Notes: a model not told the origin generated them from the sequence alone. Shown: positions 39,417 through 49,154, counted from the stretch's first letter. The stretch is DNA of 64,000 nucleotides from a virus (IMGVR_UViG_3300021130_000224:44422-108421); one strand, 5' to 3'. Program-made: numbers and translations.

Positions 39417-40152
39417 GGATAGAAATTACTTCCTTCTCAAGGTAAGGAACAACAATGGGGGTTATGGATTCATGTTCATAATCCCCATTTTTATCTTTAG
39501 CAATAATAGGGTATCCATTACTATCCTGGCCGGTTACCTTAAACTTGATATGATAAATGGTCATAACACCTGGAGACAACAAAGGGTTATGCTGCAAGAT
39601 CATCCACATGTAAATGCTCATTTGCAGGGCATAGTGACTTAAATGGCAGTCATCCAGGTGTTGTATAGGAGCTAACATCTTCTTCCCCCGGAAACCGGCT
39701 GTTTCCAGCTTCTTATTTGTTTTGTAGTCACCTATGTTCACGGTATCTTGAGGTGTGCATTCTACTCTATCCGCTTGTCCACAAATACTGTATTTAGCAT
39801 TATAGATAAAATGCTCTGGGTATACTCCTGGTTCTAATATTTGGTTACCTGCATATTTCCAGCCTTCTTTAATATGATAAGTAGATTTAGGGTTTACTTC
39901 AGCATCTTCCATTTTCTTATGAAAATGTGAACCTACTGTAGTACTTCTATTTTTTTCATTTTCCCAAATACGCAAAACCTCAATAGGGTTCATTCCGTAC
40001 CATTTTGAGGTAGGATTTGCTACATTTTTGTAGACAATAGATGAATCAAATGGTACTTTATAATGAGAAATTAGAGTAGTCACACCCAACCACTTTCGTC
40101 CATCGGGTGTGACTGACTCATATTTGTGACCTGTTTCAAGAAATTTTAACAT
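39388..40152 (-). CDS. PD-(D/E)xK exonuclease
   Basis: H.Y...GVTT, GSHFH, EHFIY..CGQADRV..IGDYKT, YALQMSIY. Confidence 0.85.
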   Translation of the reverse strand: MLKFLETGHKYESVTPDGRKWLGVTTLISHYKVPFDSSIVYKNVANPTSKWYGMNPIEVLRIWENEKNRSTTVGSHFHKKMEDAEVNPKSTYHIKEGWKYAGNQILEPGVYPEHFIYNAKYSICGQADRVECTPQDTVNIGDYKTNKKLETAGFRGKKMLAPIQHLDDCHLSHYALQMSIYMWMILQHNPLLSPGVMTIYHIKFKVTGQDSNGYPIIAKDKNGDYEHESITPIVVPYLEKEVISILTALPVHSH

Positions 40153-40156
40153 GTAT

Positions 40157-40164
40157 CAAAGATA
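40157..40164 (-). promoter_or_regulatory. Bacteroidota-type -7 promoter element TATCTTTG
   Basis: Exact TAnnTTTG on the - strand, 4 nt before the ATG at 40152. Confidence 0.55.
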
Positions 40165-40185
40165 CAAATTAAATACTTATGTGTT

Positions 40186-40410
40186 TTATTCTTTTGTAAC
40201 TAAGTCTTTTAAAGTTACATATCCTTCTTTCTCAAGGTCGTAAACATCAAAAGTAAATACAGGACCATCGTCACAAGTTTTTACTTTAATACCAGTAACA
40301 ATATCTCCTTTTTCTGTTGGAACATTTGCTTGAAATACTTTACCTTTTGGAAAAGTGAAATGTTCATCTACTACTTGGTCTTTTATCCAAGTTACTTCTA
40401 CTTTTTTCAT
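40186..40410 (-). CDS. Hypothetical protein
   Basis: ORF in operon context. Confidence 0.6.
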   Translation of the reverse strand: MKKVEVTWIKDQVVDEHFTFPKGKVFQANVPTEKGDIVTGIKVKTCDDGPVFTFDVYDLEKEGYVTLKDLVTKE

Positions 40411-40416
40411 ATGTTT

Positions 40417-40749
40417 TTATTTCTTTTCTAACCTATTAAATGCTTCAGTAAATGCTATTATTTCTGCCTCTTTTCTACTTGCTGTAGAACTTTCTATAGG
40501 AAAACCATCCGCAACTCTGTACTTCCAACCTTGGCCGGGATTCCATACTGAAACTACAATACCTTGAGCATCAAAGAAGTCATACAAATCTCGTGACCAG
40601 TTGGCTAACGACAGAGTTATCATATTGTCATTAACAATATTATCCATTAATTCACCAGGTATCTGTTTTGAGCTTACTATTGCAGCTTTTGTTTTTACAT
40701 ATGCTTTGAAAAGTTCAAAGCTTTTTGGGTGTGACGTTTTTGTTATCAT
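40417..40749 (-). CDS. Hypothetical protein
   Basis: ORF in operon context, 4-bp overlap with the upstream gene. Confidence 0.6.
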   Translation of the reverse strand: MITKTSHPKSFELFKAYVKTKAAIVSSKQIPGELMDNIVNDNMITLSLANWSRDLYDFFDAQGIVVSVWNPGQGWKYRVADGFPIESSTASRKEAEIIAFTEAFNRLEKK

Positions 40750-41114
40750 GTTAGAAATTTTGCTTTTGCAATATTAATCAATTCTTGGTGTTTCGGTTTA
40801 GGAAATTTATTTGTCTTACAACCATGGTCATCCATGCAAACAATTGCAATGTTTTCTTCTTCGTACCTGAGCTCTGGGTAAATTGCTTTATCGAGCAAAT
40901 GGTCCATATAAGCTGTTCGCATCTCACTACCAAGACTGACATTGCAAACCACACATCTGTGTGGTCTGCTCTGCCAAATCTTATTGTAGAACTCTCTGTC
41001 TTTTTCACTTTGCTTCCTATCAGCTTCCAACTTTTCTGCAGTTGGTGGTTTTCTTTTTATTTTATTTGGTTTACCTATTGGTCCCGGCTTACGTTTTAAA
41101 GGTGTTCGTTTCAT
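40746..41114 (-). CDS. HNH endonuclease
   Basis: CxxC, DH...YPELRY..ENI..VC..DH. Confidence 0.75.
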   Translation of the reverse strand: MKRTPLKRKPGPIGKPNKIKRKPPTAEKLEADRKQSEKDREFYNKIWQSRPHRCVVCNVSLGSEMRTAYMDHLLDKAIYPELRYEEENIAIVCMDDHGCKTNKFPKPKHQELINIAKAKFLT

Positions 41115-41611
41115 TTGTGTAGTTTACTAAACATGTCATAATATTTATTAATTTCTTGCATTTTTTCATGACTACCACCTGGTACATCAGGATGATGTTT
41201 TTTACACAATTCTCTATAAATTCTTTTACCTGCTTCTTTAGAGGTAAATAATGGAAAGTAAGGATTTTTTAAACTGGCATTTTTTGCGTTTGCTTTACTT
41301 CTCCAATTATTTGAATTGTTATTGCTACTATTGTTATTGCTATTAGAATTATTTGTTATTTTCTCAACTTTAATAGGATAACAATTTGTAACCCATGATC
41401 CAGAAAACTCTAATGATTTTACATTAAATGTTACTTTTACTTGATCTCCTATTTCCAGAGGTTTAAGAATTGTGTAAATTGAATCATCAAATAGAACAAA
41501 TGCAATTTTCTTAGTACCGTCTTCAACAATAAATGTGCACTTTTCTTTAAACTTACCTGTAACATTTACAATAGGTGTTACTTTGATTATTTTTCCGGTA
41601 AACTCATACAT
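41111..41611 (-). CDS. DUF3127-like OB-fold (SSB-like) fused to a truncated J-domain
   Basis: N-terminal GKII...GDQVKVTFNV.S.EF.G.W.T, an Asn-rich linker, then YRELCKKHHPD..GG..EKMQEIN. Confidence 0.7.
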   Translation of the reverse strand: MYEFTGKIIKVTPIVNVTGKFKEKCTFIVEDGTKKIAFVLFDDSIYTILKPLEIGDQVKVTFNVKSLEFSGSWVTNCYPIKVEKITNNSNSNNNSSNNNSNNWRSKANAKNASLKNPYFPLFTSKEAGKRIYRELCKKHHPDVPGGSHEKMQEINKYYDMFSKLHK

Positions 41612-41629
41612 ATTTTGATTTATTAATGT

Positions 41630-42073
41630 CTACCATTTCTTGATTTTTTTCATATTGACTCTAGTACGTTGTGTTTTATTTTCTTTTGTCTCATTTCGAT
41701 AAATTGTAATCAATTTATTATCCTCAACTCTTACCATAAATTCCTCTACCGGATACGTGCCATTACCCAGTGTACGGATCATATTCAAAAGCTGTGGGGT
41801 CAAAATACGCTCTCTCATTTCATCTTCAGTCGCCGGTCCTATTCGTTGTGTATACCTGGCAATAAAGTGAGTTGTCAACAAAATCTCTCTTCCCTCAAGG
41901 TATTCTATGCCCTTGTTAACTCCTACAAGCTTTTCATTTGTATTCTTAATCTCAGACTCGATTTTATCTTTGTCCTTACCCAACTTCACAAGTCTTTCAT
42001 TCAATTTATGTCGTTGAGCATAGAGACCACTGAGTCTTGACTCCTTCTTTTTCTTCTCATGCTCTTCTGCCAT
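41630..42073 (-). CDS. Coiled-coil protein with T.H...RY..RI domain
   Basis: N-terminal heptads followed by THFIARYTQRI. Confidence 0.5.
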   Translation of the reverse strand: MAEEHEKKKKESRLSGLYAQRHKLNERLVKLGKDKDKIESEIKNTNEKLVGVNKGIEYLEGREILLTTHFIARYTQRIGPATEDEMRERILTPQLLNMIRTLGNGTYPVEEFMVRVEDNKLITIYRNETKENKTQRTRVNMKKIKKW

Positions 42074-43062
42074 TACTTGCCTCCTTTTATTTTTTCCATT
42101 ACTTGTGTTTCAAGATCTGTAGCATAATCAGGATTATCTATTAAGAACTGTTTTACTTTATCCATACCTTGGAATTTAGTTTCACCTACAGTAAACCATG
42201 AACCACCTACCTTTATAAGATCAAATTCACATGCAAAGTCAATTAGTTCTTTTTGACGATCTACACCGGTACCCCAGTTGATATTGAACTCAGCCTTACC
42301 AAATGGGCAAGAACATTTATTTTTTATAACATCTACTGTAGTTTTATTCATTTCTTTTTCTATGTCATTACTTTTCCATACCTTATAACGAATATCACTA
42401 TAGAATTTCCATGCATTTCCACCTGATGGCTTATCTCCACCATGTTGACTACCAATAGCAGATCTGAGTTGTGATACACCTACCATTGTACAACGGTTTG
42501 GTTTTAGTAATGGTTTAATTTTACCAAGTGCAACACTATTAATACGAGCTTGTGCAGCAACTGTTGCATCTCCTACTTCACCTGCAATAACTACTTTTGG
42601 TAAACCTGCAGTATGCGAATCAATAATTACAAATCTTACCTTACCTGTTCTAATCAAAGTCTCAATGATATTATAACCATCTTCCATACAATCTGGCTGT
42701 ATAATGGTAAGTCTATCTACATCTACACCAAGTGCCGTAGCATATGTTTTATCATATGAATGTTCATAATCTACTAATAAACACTCACCATCTAATTTTT
42801 GAAAACCTGAAGTCATGTGCAAACATAAAGTTGATTTTCCCGAACTCTCTGGACCAAATATCTCAATTAATTTACCAACTGGATTACCACCAAGACCTGT
42901 AGCAATATCAAGACTTATTGAACCAGTTGTTACTACTTCAAGATCTTCTTTTACATCTTTACCATGAATGATAGTCCCAATTCCATATCGAGCTTCTAAT
43001 TTTTTAATTGTTTCTGCATACTTATCCTGTTCAGGATTTTCTTGCTTAGTTGCTTTTGCCAT
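42073..43062 (-). CDS. recA: RecA recombinase
   Basis: TGSISLDIATG, EIFGPESSGKST, IIDS, SGGNAWKFYS, KNK. Confidence 0.95.
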   Translation of the reverse strand: MAKATKQENPEQDKYAETIKKLEARYGIGTIIHGKDVKEDLEVVTTGSISLDIATGLGGNPVGKLIEIFGPESSGKSTLCLHMTSGFQKLDGECLLVDYEHSYDKTYATALGVDVDRLTIIQPDCMEDGYNIIETLIRTGKVRFVIIDSHTAGLPKVVIAGEVGDATVAAQARINSVALGKIKPLLKPNRCTMVGVSQLRSAIGSQHGGDKPSGGNAWKFYSDIRYKVWKSNDIEKEMNKTTVDVIKNKCSCPFGKAEFNINWGTGVDRQKELIDFACEFDLIKVGGSWFTVGETKFQGMDKVKQFLIDNPDYATDLETQVMEKIKGGK

Positions 43063-43076
43063 TGTTTTTAAAATTT

Positions 43077-43114
43077 AAAAGGGACATCTAAGTTACCTTA
43101 AAATGTCCCTTTTT
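43077..43114 (-). terminator. Intrinsic terminator (potentially bidirectional)
   Basis: Stem AAAAGGGACAT/ATGTCCCTTTT. Confidence 0.6.
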
Positions 43115-43130
43115 CCAAGTTATTTAATAT

Positions 43131-44216
43131 CTATTTCTCTTCGTAATTTAATGCTAATTGTATATAACCTTTAGCATCATAAATTGTCTTTGAAGTTGCC
43201 CAATTGCCCGTATCAACGTGCCAGGCAATGTCACTCATCAACTCTTTCAAACCTCTGTATTCATAGCCCCTAAGTTTGAAACCATTCCAGCCGGCAATCA
43301 GATCATCTTGAGATAATCCAAGAACTACAGGATCAGCAAAACCTGATGTATCACAGAAAATGTACTTCATTGGTACAATTGTGTAATTTTCCAGGCCATG
43401 TTCTTTTGCCCATTGACTTAATGCATAGTCATACAATGGAGCTTGCAGATAATATCCAAATTTCAGATATGCTCTTTGTGGCTCCTCATTGTCCCATGAT
43501 GTCTTCCAGTCAAGTAATTCAATAGTTTTTGCATCATGGTTAACAATTACCTTGTCAAGCATTGACTTGTACGGTACACTATCTATCTCGAAAAGAATAG
43601 TTAGTTCATTAAATACATCAATACCTTGAGCACTACGAGCATTTGCATACTGGTACGTATAGGAATGTCCCTGTAGCTTTTGTACTATCTGCTCTGCTTT
43701 TGTAACAAGGTTTACAGTTACTACTGATTTACCTATAGTCTGCAGTAACTCTTTATAATAAATCTCAGCATCACCCTCAAACATACCTACTATCTTATCA
43801 AGGTCTTTGCCTTTAAATGCTACTTCTTTACCGGTAACATCATACTTTACTTCTTGCACTGCATCTGTAAACAATATCTCAAACTTCTCAGTAACTACAC
43901 CATCAACCATACTTTTAAGAGTACGTCTAAACAATGCATCAACCAACTCTTTTAGTTGACCTTTAGGTTCGACCACGCTGATCATATGAAATTTTTCATC
44001 AAATGGTTGCCCTGCCAATAAACAATGCACCAGACTACCCATCAAGGTAGATGCTGATTCTGTTTCTTTTCTTGGTTCTCCAAGAATAGCTTCGTGAAAA
44101 AATCTTTTTCTATCATTATCAAATAGCTTTATAGAACTATATGACAATCTATCTTTTAAACCACGATATTGTTTCTCAGATAACTGTGTACTCTCTACTC
44201 TTGCTTGTAGTTCCAT
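43131..44216 (-). CDS. PD-(D/E)xK exonuclease (RecE/ExoVIII-like)
   Basis: LSYSSIK, GSLVHC, KSMLDK...DWKT, YYLQAPLY. Confidence 0.85.
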   Translation of the reverse strand: MELQARVESTQLSEKQYRGLKDRLSYSSIKLFDNDRKRFFHEAILGEPRKETESASTLMGSLVHCLLAGQPFDEKFHMISVVEPKGQLKELVDALFRRTLKSMVDGVVTEKFEILFTDAVQEVKYDVTGKEVAFKGKDLDKIVGMFEGDAEIYYKELLQTIGKSVVTVNLVTKAEQIVQKLQGHSYTYQYANARSAQGIDVFNELTILFEIDSVPYKSMLDKVIVNHDAKTIELLDWKTSWDNEEPQRAYLKFGYYLQAPLYDYALSQWAKEHGLENYTIVPMKYIFCDTSGFADPVVLGLSQDDLIAGWNGFKLRGYEYRGLKELMSDIAWHVDTGNWATSKTIYDAKGYIQLALNYEEK

Positions 44217-44755
44217 TATTTACTTTTTTGTTGGTTTTTGTAATGTTCAGATGCTCTTTCTATGTCATCTAATATTTCTTGTTCTCTATCTGGAAGATCT
44301 TGGTATTGCATTAGTTCCAATACAAATTTTAATTTACCATCTCTTACAGCTTTATCTCCATACCATATATAAGATGGGTTTACATGATACCTTGCACATC
44401 TTTTGCAGTTGTGCTTAACTAAAAACCCTTTTGCTGTTAAAGAACTAATTGATTTTTCAACTGCTGAATAGCTAAATCCTACATACTCTGCTGCTTTCTG
44501 TTTATAGTACTTATCTAGCATTATGATACTGTCATTGTAATTCATATTGTCAGATATCCAATTCATTAGTTTAACATCAACAAGACTATCTAAACCATTC
44601 ATGAATGCTGATATATGGTGAAACATCAGTAAAAATTTAGCATTGTCTTCCTCTACTATTTGAAACTTTTTTTGTGCTGTATAATGTTCACCATGTTTAG
44701 TTATTGCATCTACATTATCCACTCTTATTTGTTTTAAAAACGGTTTCCTGTCCAT
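44216..44755 (-). CDS. RepL-like winged-HTH protein 1
   Basis: HTH (A..VGFSYSAVEKSISSL..KGFL) followed by YHVNPSYIWYG. Confidence 0.7.
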   Translation of the reverse strand: MDRKPFLKQIRVDNVDAITKHGEHYTAQKKFQIVEEDNAKFLLMFHHISAFMNGLDSLVDVKLMNWISDNMNYNDSIIMLDKYYKQKAAEYVGFSYSAVEKSISSLTAKGFLVKHNCKRCARYHVNPSYIWYGDKAVRDGKLKFVLELMQYQDLPDREQEILDDIERASEHYKNQQKSK

Positions 44756-44841
44756 TAGTGTATATATTTTACGCTAAGGTACTAATTTATATTCTTATTA
44801 GCACATTTTATTTACGGTACTACACTATTATTTTTATGTTT

Positions 44842-44947
44842 GTACTATTTTGAGAGATGGTAAAAATAAAATAACTATCCCTGAAAATAGTTAAGAATGT
44901 ACCTAACTATTCTGTAGACACCCTTTAACTATTTTGAGAGATAGTTA
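44842..44947. repeat. Cluster of 22-bp palindromic operator/iteron-like sites
   Basis: TAACTAT-N8-ATAGTTA at 44872-44893 and 44926-44947, a degenerate copy at 44842-44863 and a half site at 44904-44910. Confidence 0.75.
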
Positions 44948-45010
44948 TTTAGTACTCAAAGCCTTACCAGTGGCTTATTCCACTATATCTATTCTATAAC
45001 TTTACCACCT

Positions 45011-45391
45011 TTATAAGAAAAGAGGTTTAAGATCTACCTTTACATAAGTAGGAGGCTTTATTATTTTACCGTCCTCCCTACGAATAGGTCTTCCATTCTC
45101 GTCCAGTTTACTCATGTTAGATGCGTGTACCAGATCCCACATCTCTTCCATTTTGTCTATAAGACCGTATTCACATGCCGTACCTAACAGTACATACATG
45201 ATATCAATCAAAGCATCTGCTACTTCTACAATATCACCATCAATATTTGCTACTTTTAATTCATCAAGCTCTTCTTGTAGTAGTCTTTCACGAAGATGTT
45301 GAATTGGTTTTGCCGGCATTGTTGGTACCGGGAGCACATTGCATTCAAATGCTGTTTGAAATGCTTTGATGTCTGCTATCTGTTTTTTCAT
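45011..45391 (-). CDS. MazG-like / PRA-PH NTP pyrophosphohydrolase
   Basis: EELDE, EVADALIDIMYV, VHASNMSK...REDGKIIKP. Start placed at the ATG at 45391, coupled to the upstream stop. Confidence 0.85.
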   Translation of the reverse strand: MKKQIADIKAFQTAFECNVLPVPTMPAKPIQHLRERLLQEELDELKVANIDGDIVEVADALIDIMYVLLGTACEYGLIDKMEEMWDLVHASNMSKLDENGRPIRREDGKIIKPPTYVKVDLKPLFL

Positions 45392-45999
45392 TATTGATTT
45401 GTTAAAGTGTCTAAATATTCTTCTAATGTTCTCACCTTCCAATGAATTACTCTTTGCTTACCGGTAGCAGTTTTTAAATAAGCAGTTGGAGTGAATGTTT
45501 CCTCAAAAAGTTTATGAGGTTGTACCAGATTTACAAATTTACTGTGCTCTTGATACATCCACTTTTGGTTAATCTTAAACAACCTTGTCATATTGTGATG
45601 ATCAAAGTTTGGTTTTACTTCTATGTAAGAGGTTAAATTATCTAAATCAGAATAGTTTCCCATAAAAGGCTGGGTAATTTTTGTATTGTATTGTCCCATG
45701 TTAGTCATAAGAATATACAATGCTTTTTCTGTCCAATTAACTTTAAACTCAGGAGTATAAACATGTTCTTCAAGAAGTACCTGATTCTTTTCAACTTGTT
45801 TGATTTTTGTTTTCATTTCTACTAACTGAGTGTATTTATTTTGCACTTTTTCAGATAATAAAAATGTCTCAGCTCTTTCTATACTTTTTACATATCCAGC
45901 TTCTATAAGCTCCTCAAAGTACATAACAGCCATTTGTTCCTCAATACTATCAATTTGTATTCCGTTATAATACTGCTGTTCTTTTTTAGCTTTGCTCAC
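45391..45999 (-). CDS. PD-(D/E)xK endonuclease (DUF1064 / resolvase-like)
   Basis: YNGI.IDS.EE, YTPEF, YIEVK. Confidence 0.65.
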   Translation of the reverse strand: MSKAKKEQQYYNGIQIDSIEEQMAVMYFEELIEAGYVKSIERAETFLLSEKVQNKYTQLVEMKTKIKQVEKNQVLLEEHVYTPEFKVNWTEKALYILMTNMGQYNTKITQPFMGNYSDLDNLTSYIEVKPNFDHHNMTRLFKINQKWMYQEHSKFVNLVQPHKLFEETFTPTAYLKTATGKQRVIHWKVRTLEEYLDTLTNQ

Positions 46000-46237
46000 T
46001 CTCTGTTGTTTTTTCTGCTGTTAACAATTTAAGAAAGTTATCTGCTCCTGTGTTTGCAATTTGTATTATATCGTAGTGAGATACTTCTTCTAAAGATTTT
46101 GGTATCTCTTTTACATATTGATCATAAATACACATTGCAATATTTGCTTTCCATGATTCCCAATATCCCGGGTCTTCTTTCAGAGCTTTTGATAGATACT
46201 CTACAGCAATAGCTGTTGTTATTTTGTTCTGTTGCAT
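45986..46237 (-). CDS. Hypothetical protein
   Basis: ORF in operon context. Confidence 0.55.
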   Translation of the reverse strand: MQQNKITTAIAVEYLSKALKEDPGYWESWKANIAMCIYDQYVKEIPKSLEEVSHYDIIQIANTGADNFLKLLTAEKTTESEQS

Positions 46238-46270
46238 TTTAATTAAGTCTATTTATCATTTGTAAATTCT

Positions 46271-46537
46271 TTACCATCCTTTATATTTTTCATAATCAGG
46301 GTGTGATTTTATTTCCTCTATGCTATCCTCAAGATCAATTTGCTTAGGATTACTTTGTACTATAGGTTGATACTGTCTCTTTAAAGAGACCATTATAGCT
46401 TCTGCCATATTTGCCAGGTGTATCTCATCAACTTCTTCACCTCTTGCTTCTCCTACAAAAGTAACTAAAGCATCAAATAGAACTCCCTTTGTTTCAGGGA
46501 GTTCTAATAATGCTAACTTCTTTTTATTGCTTATCAT
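46271..46537 (-). CDS. Hypothetical protein
   Basis: ORF in operon context. Confidence 0.55.
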   Translation of the reverse strand: MISNKKKLALLELPETKGVLFDALVTFVGEARGEEVDEIHLANMAEAIMVSLKRQYQPIVQSNPKQIDLEDSIEEIKSHPDYEKYKGW

Positions 46538-46542
46538 TAGCT

Positions 46543-47088
46543 TTAATCTTTTATGTTTTTAACTTTTACTTTAGTAGGATACTTTTTTATTCTACTGCCG
46601 GCAAACATTAGTATTGGATTTACCCAATAAGTATACTTGTAAATAGTGGGAGTAATGTAACCCTGTGTTATCAACTCATCAATAGCTCTTTTGTACGTAT
46701 TTCTACTACCCTTCTCTGACTTCTTTTGGTATGTCTCTGGTGTTACCCTTAACCAGTCTTTAGATCCCTCCATTGTGTATGCCATGTATACAAGCATTCT
46801 AAGTGCACCAGATGACAACTCCATTGCTTTTTCCTTGCTTCCTGGATAGTGGTATAACTTTGTAGCTTTTTGTCTTTCTACAAAATGGTGAGCAGGTAGC
46901 ATTACACCATCCTCATCTTTTATTAGGATCCCTTCATCCATTACTTTAGTAGCTTCTACTATCAGTTCTTGTGCAAAAGGATTGGTAACTAACTTACTCT
47001 CATCTATTGGTGGTAATTTCCTACTCATTTCTGTCAGATTTTGTACAAATTTACCACATTCTTCTATATTAACCAACTTTTCATCCAT
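46543..47088 (-). CDS. RepL-like winged-HTH protein 2
   Basis: SRNTYKRAIDEL..QGYI followed by YWVNPILMFAG. Confidence 0.7.
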   Translation of the reverse strand: MDEKLVNIEECGKFVQNLTEMSRKLPPIDESKLVTNPFAQELIVEATKVMDEGILIKDEDGVMLPAHHFVERQKATKLYHYPGSKEKAMELSSGALRMLVYMAYTMEGSKDWLRVTPETYQKKSEKGSRNTYKRAIDELITQGYITPTIYKYTYWVNPILMFAGSRIKKYPTKVKVKNIKD

Positions 47089-47126
47089 TTTTGTACATAT
47101 TTATGTTCTGTATTTTTGTACATTTT

Positions 47127-47290
47127 CTGACATACTATAAATCCTTTGAAACCCTTGTCTGTATTGGTTTTCAGGCTATTGGTGTACTAAACACTCTTGC
47201 GGTAGGTAGTGCTACCAATATAGTGTAGTATACGTTTTTAGTCTGAAACCCTTTGTGGGTATAGGTTTCAAAGAATTTATAAGCAGTCAG
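47127..47290. repeat. Long imperfect inverted repeat with nested TGAAACC...GGTTTCA palindromes (possible origin)
   Basis: Arms 47127-47153 and 47264-47290 share TATAAAT(C/T)CTTTGAAACC. TTTTGTACA direct repeats lie near 47039, 47089 and 47114. Confidence 0.7.
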
Positions 47291-47302
47291 TTTTTGAACA
47301 GA

Positions 47303-48307
47303 TTACCAGTTAATCCACTCAAGACTTCTAGCCATGTTATGTACCTCATCCATCTTAATGGTGTGACAACCCACTTTGATATGTTCCTCAGTTATCTCTG
47401 TTACATTGTACGTATCAAGCAGTTTATAGTTACAGCATTCTTCTGAGTTACATCCACCTTTAGCAAGAATTACCTGTATGTATCTGTAGAATTTCTTAGC
47501 TGCTTCTACCGGTATCTCAACTCTTTGTGATGTTTGCACCCTTTCTTTCATAGGGTCGTATCTAAGAAGATCTGGTAGGTTTCTGTATGTACTGCTCCAT
47601 CTCATTCTTTTACTTACTTCCAGGTAAGGGGAATTAACTTCAAAGTTTCTCCACTTTACTATTTGTTCTGCATTTTTCTTGAGTTCAGCTTTTTCCCTTG
47701 CTAACCTTGCTTTTTCCCTTTTCTCTTCTATAAAAGGATCAGCTTCTTTCTCTGCTTTCTTCTTGTTGTACTCCTCTATTTCTCTCTGCCATTTATCATC
47801 TAAAGCATCAGCTACAACTTTCTTTATTTCTTTATCTGCTTTAAGTTTAAAGAACTCCATGTACTTCTGTAACTTTTGTACATGACCATGTGCTTCAGAT
47901 ATTATCCAACTTTTATTTTCTCTTGCTTTAGATGCTTTTTGTAGACACTCTTTTATCTTACCTATCCAATAGCTAATGTTATTACCATGATTAGTTTCAT
48001 CATATCTAGGTACATTATACATATACAGTCTATCAAGCTGTATAGTAGCAGCACTTACATTTCTAATATGCTTTGCAGTTGTGTTACTATAAGTATCTAA
48101 TGTAAAGAAGATAGTTACCTTACCTTTCTTATCTATATATCTTTTAGCTATAGGAAAGTGATAATTATAACTATATATAACATCATTTTCTACAAACCCA
48201 TTACCAAACTTACAATCTCTACCTGGTTCATTAGCAAAGATGTGTGCAATATCATACATGTTGCTAAATACCTTCTTTACTCTTTTTGTTTTTGTTTCTG
48301 TGCCCAT
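47303..48307 (-). CDS. Hypothetical early protein
   Basis: 334-aa ORF, no recognised catalytic motif. Confidence 0.65.
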   Translation of the reverse strand: MGTETKTKRVKKVFSNMYDIAHIFANEPGRDCKFGNGFVENDVIYSYNYHFPIAKRYIDKKGKVTIFFTLDTYSNTTAKHIRNVSAATIQLDRLYMYNVPRYDETNHGNNISYWIGKIKECLQKASKARENKSWIISEAHGHVQKLQKYMEFFKLKADKEIKKVVADALDDKWQREIEEYNKKKAEKEADPFIEEKREKARLAREKAELKKNAEQIVKWRNFEVNSPYLEVSKRMRWSSTYRNLPDLLRYDPMKERVQTSQRVEIPVEAAKKFYRYIQVILAKGGCNSEECCNYKLLDTYNVTEITEEHIKVGCHTIKMDEVHNMARSLEWINW

Positions 48308-48990
48308 AATGCTAATTCTATTTGAATGCCTAACAATAAATCTCTCTTATGTTTCTTTTCTGCTTGATGATCAATTATGCTTTTACACTCTTTGATCATG
48401 TCTTCTTTTCCATCATCCCCATACCAACCAGAGCAAGATTCTATTTCATTGCCATCTGAATCTTCAATTTCAAATCTATACACTTCACCTGTAAGATAGT
48501 TGTCATAAACTTCTACCTCACCTTCCATGTATTTCATTGCTTGTTCAGGTGTCCATCCTTCTTTCTCGATACTTTCTTTGGTCATGTATATATAACCAAT
48601 CTGGCCAGAATCCCACGGACAACCAAAAGAACCCATAGAGATAGTAATACCACTATGATCATAGAGATAGAGGGAACTTATAATTGTTCCCTTTTCTTCT
48701 ATTAATTTAAAAAGCTGATCTCTAGTCATATCATCCCATGTACCAGTTTTCTCATGCTCCTGCTCTTGGTATTCATTTCTATCAACACCTGCCAACTCAT
48801 ATAACAAATCAATTGACTCTTCGTACTTATTGCTTATGGGACGGCTATTTTGCAAATCACCAAGATTATACCTTCTATGCCAACATACCATTACAGCAGC
48901 ATTATCGCAATCAATACGTGGATTCATTGGATCTTCATCATAATCTATGTTGATTGTATATCCTTTGTACTCTTCTGTATCCTGGCTCAT
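48277..48990 (-). CDS. Acidic protein with LYLYDHSG..WDSG motif (mobile-element family of unknown function)
   Basis: LYLYDHSGITIS...CPWDSGQIGYIY...Y..GEVY..ESC.GWYG. Confidence 0.6.
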   Translation of the reverse strand: MSQDTEEYKGYTINIDYDEDPMNPRIDCDNAAVMVCWHRRYNLGDLQNSRPISNKYEESIDLLYELAGVDRNEYQEQEHEKTGTWDDMTRDQLFKLIEEKGTIISSLYLYDHSGITISMGSFGCPWDSGQIGYIYMTKESIEKEGWTPEQAMKYMEGEVEVYDNYLTGEVYRFEIEDSDGNEIESCSGWYGDDGKEDMIKECKSIIDHQAEKKHKRDLLLGIQIELALWAQKQKQKE

Positions 48991-48992
48991 AA

Positions 48993-49154
48993 CTATTTTA
49001 TTAATGTTAAGATCTCTTCGTAAACTGCTAATCTTTCTTGTATCTTGATTACCTGATCTCTGGTAGATCTTTTGTTATCTTGTATAAACAACTTCATAAA
49101 CTTTCTTTCTTGTGCTGTCCAATACTTGATCTTCTTTTCGATTTCTTGTTTCAT
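48993..49154 (-). CDS. Small hypothetical protein (53 aa, not in ORF track)
   Basis: MKQEIEKKIKYW...LIK* fills the gap exactly and its start is coupled to the upstream stop. Confidence 0.5.
   Translation of the reverse strand: MKQEIEKKIKYWTAQERKFMKLFIQDNKRSTRDQVIKIQERLAVYEEILTLIK

Noticed and set aside
41305-41360. AAT/AGC-type simple repeat
   Set aside because: It encodes the Asn/Ser linker of the OB-J fusion and is not an array.
44842-44947. Mini-CRISPR array
   Set aside because: The repeats are short palindromes with irregular, very short spacing and no unique ~30-nt spacers.
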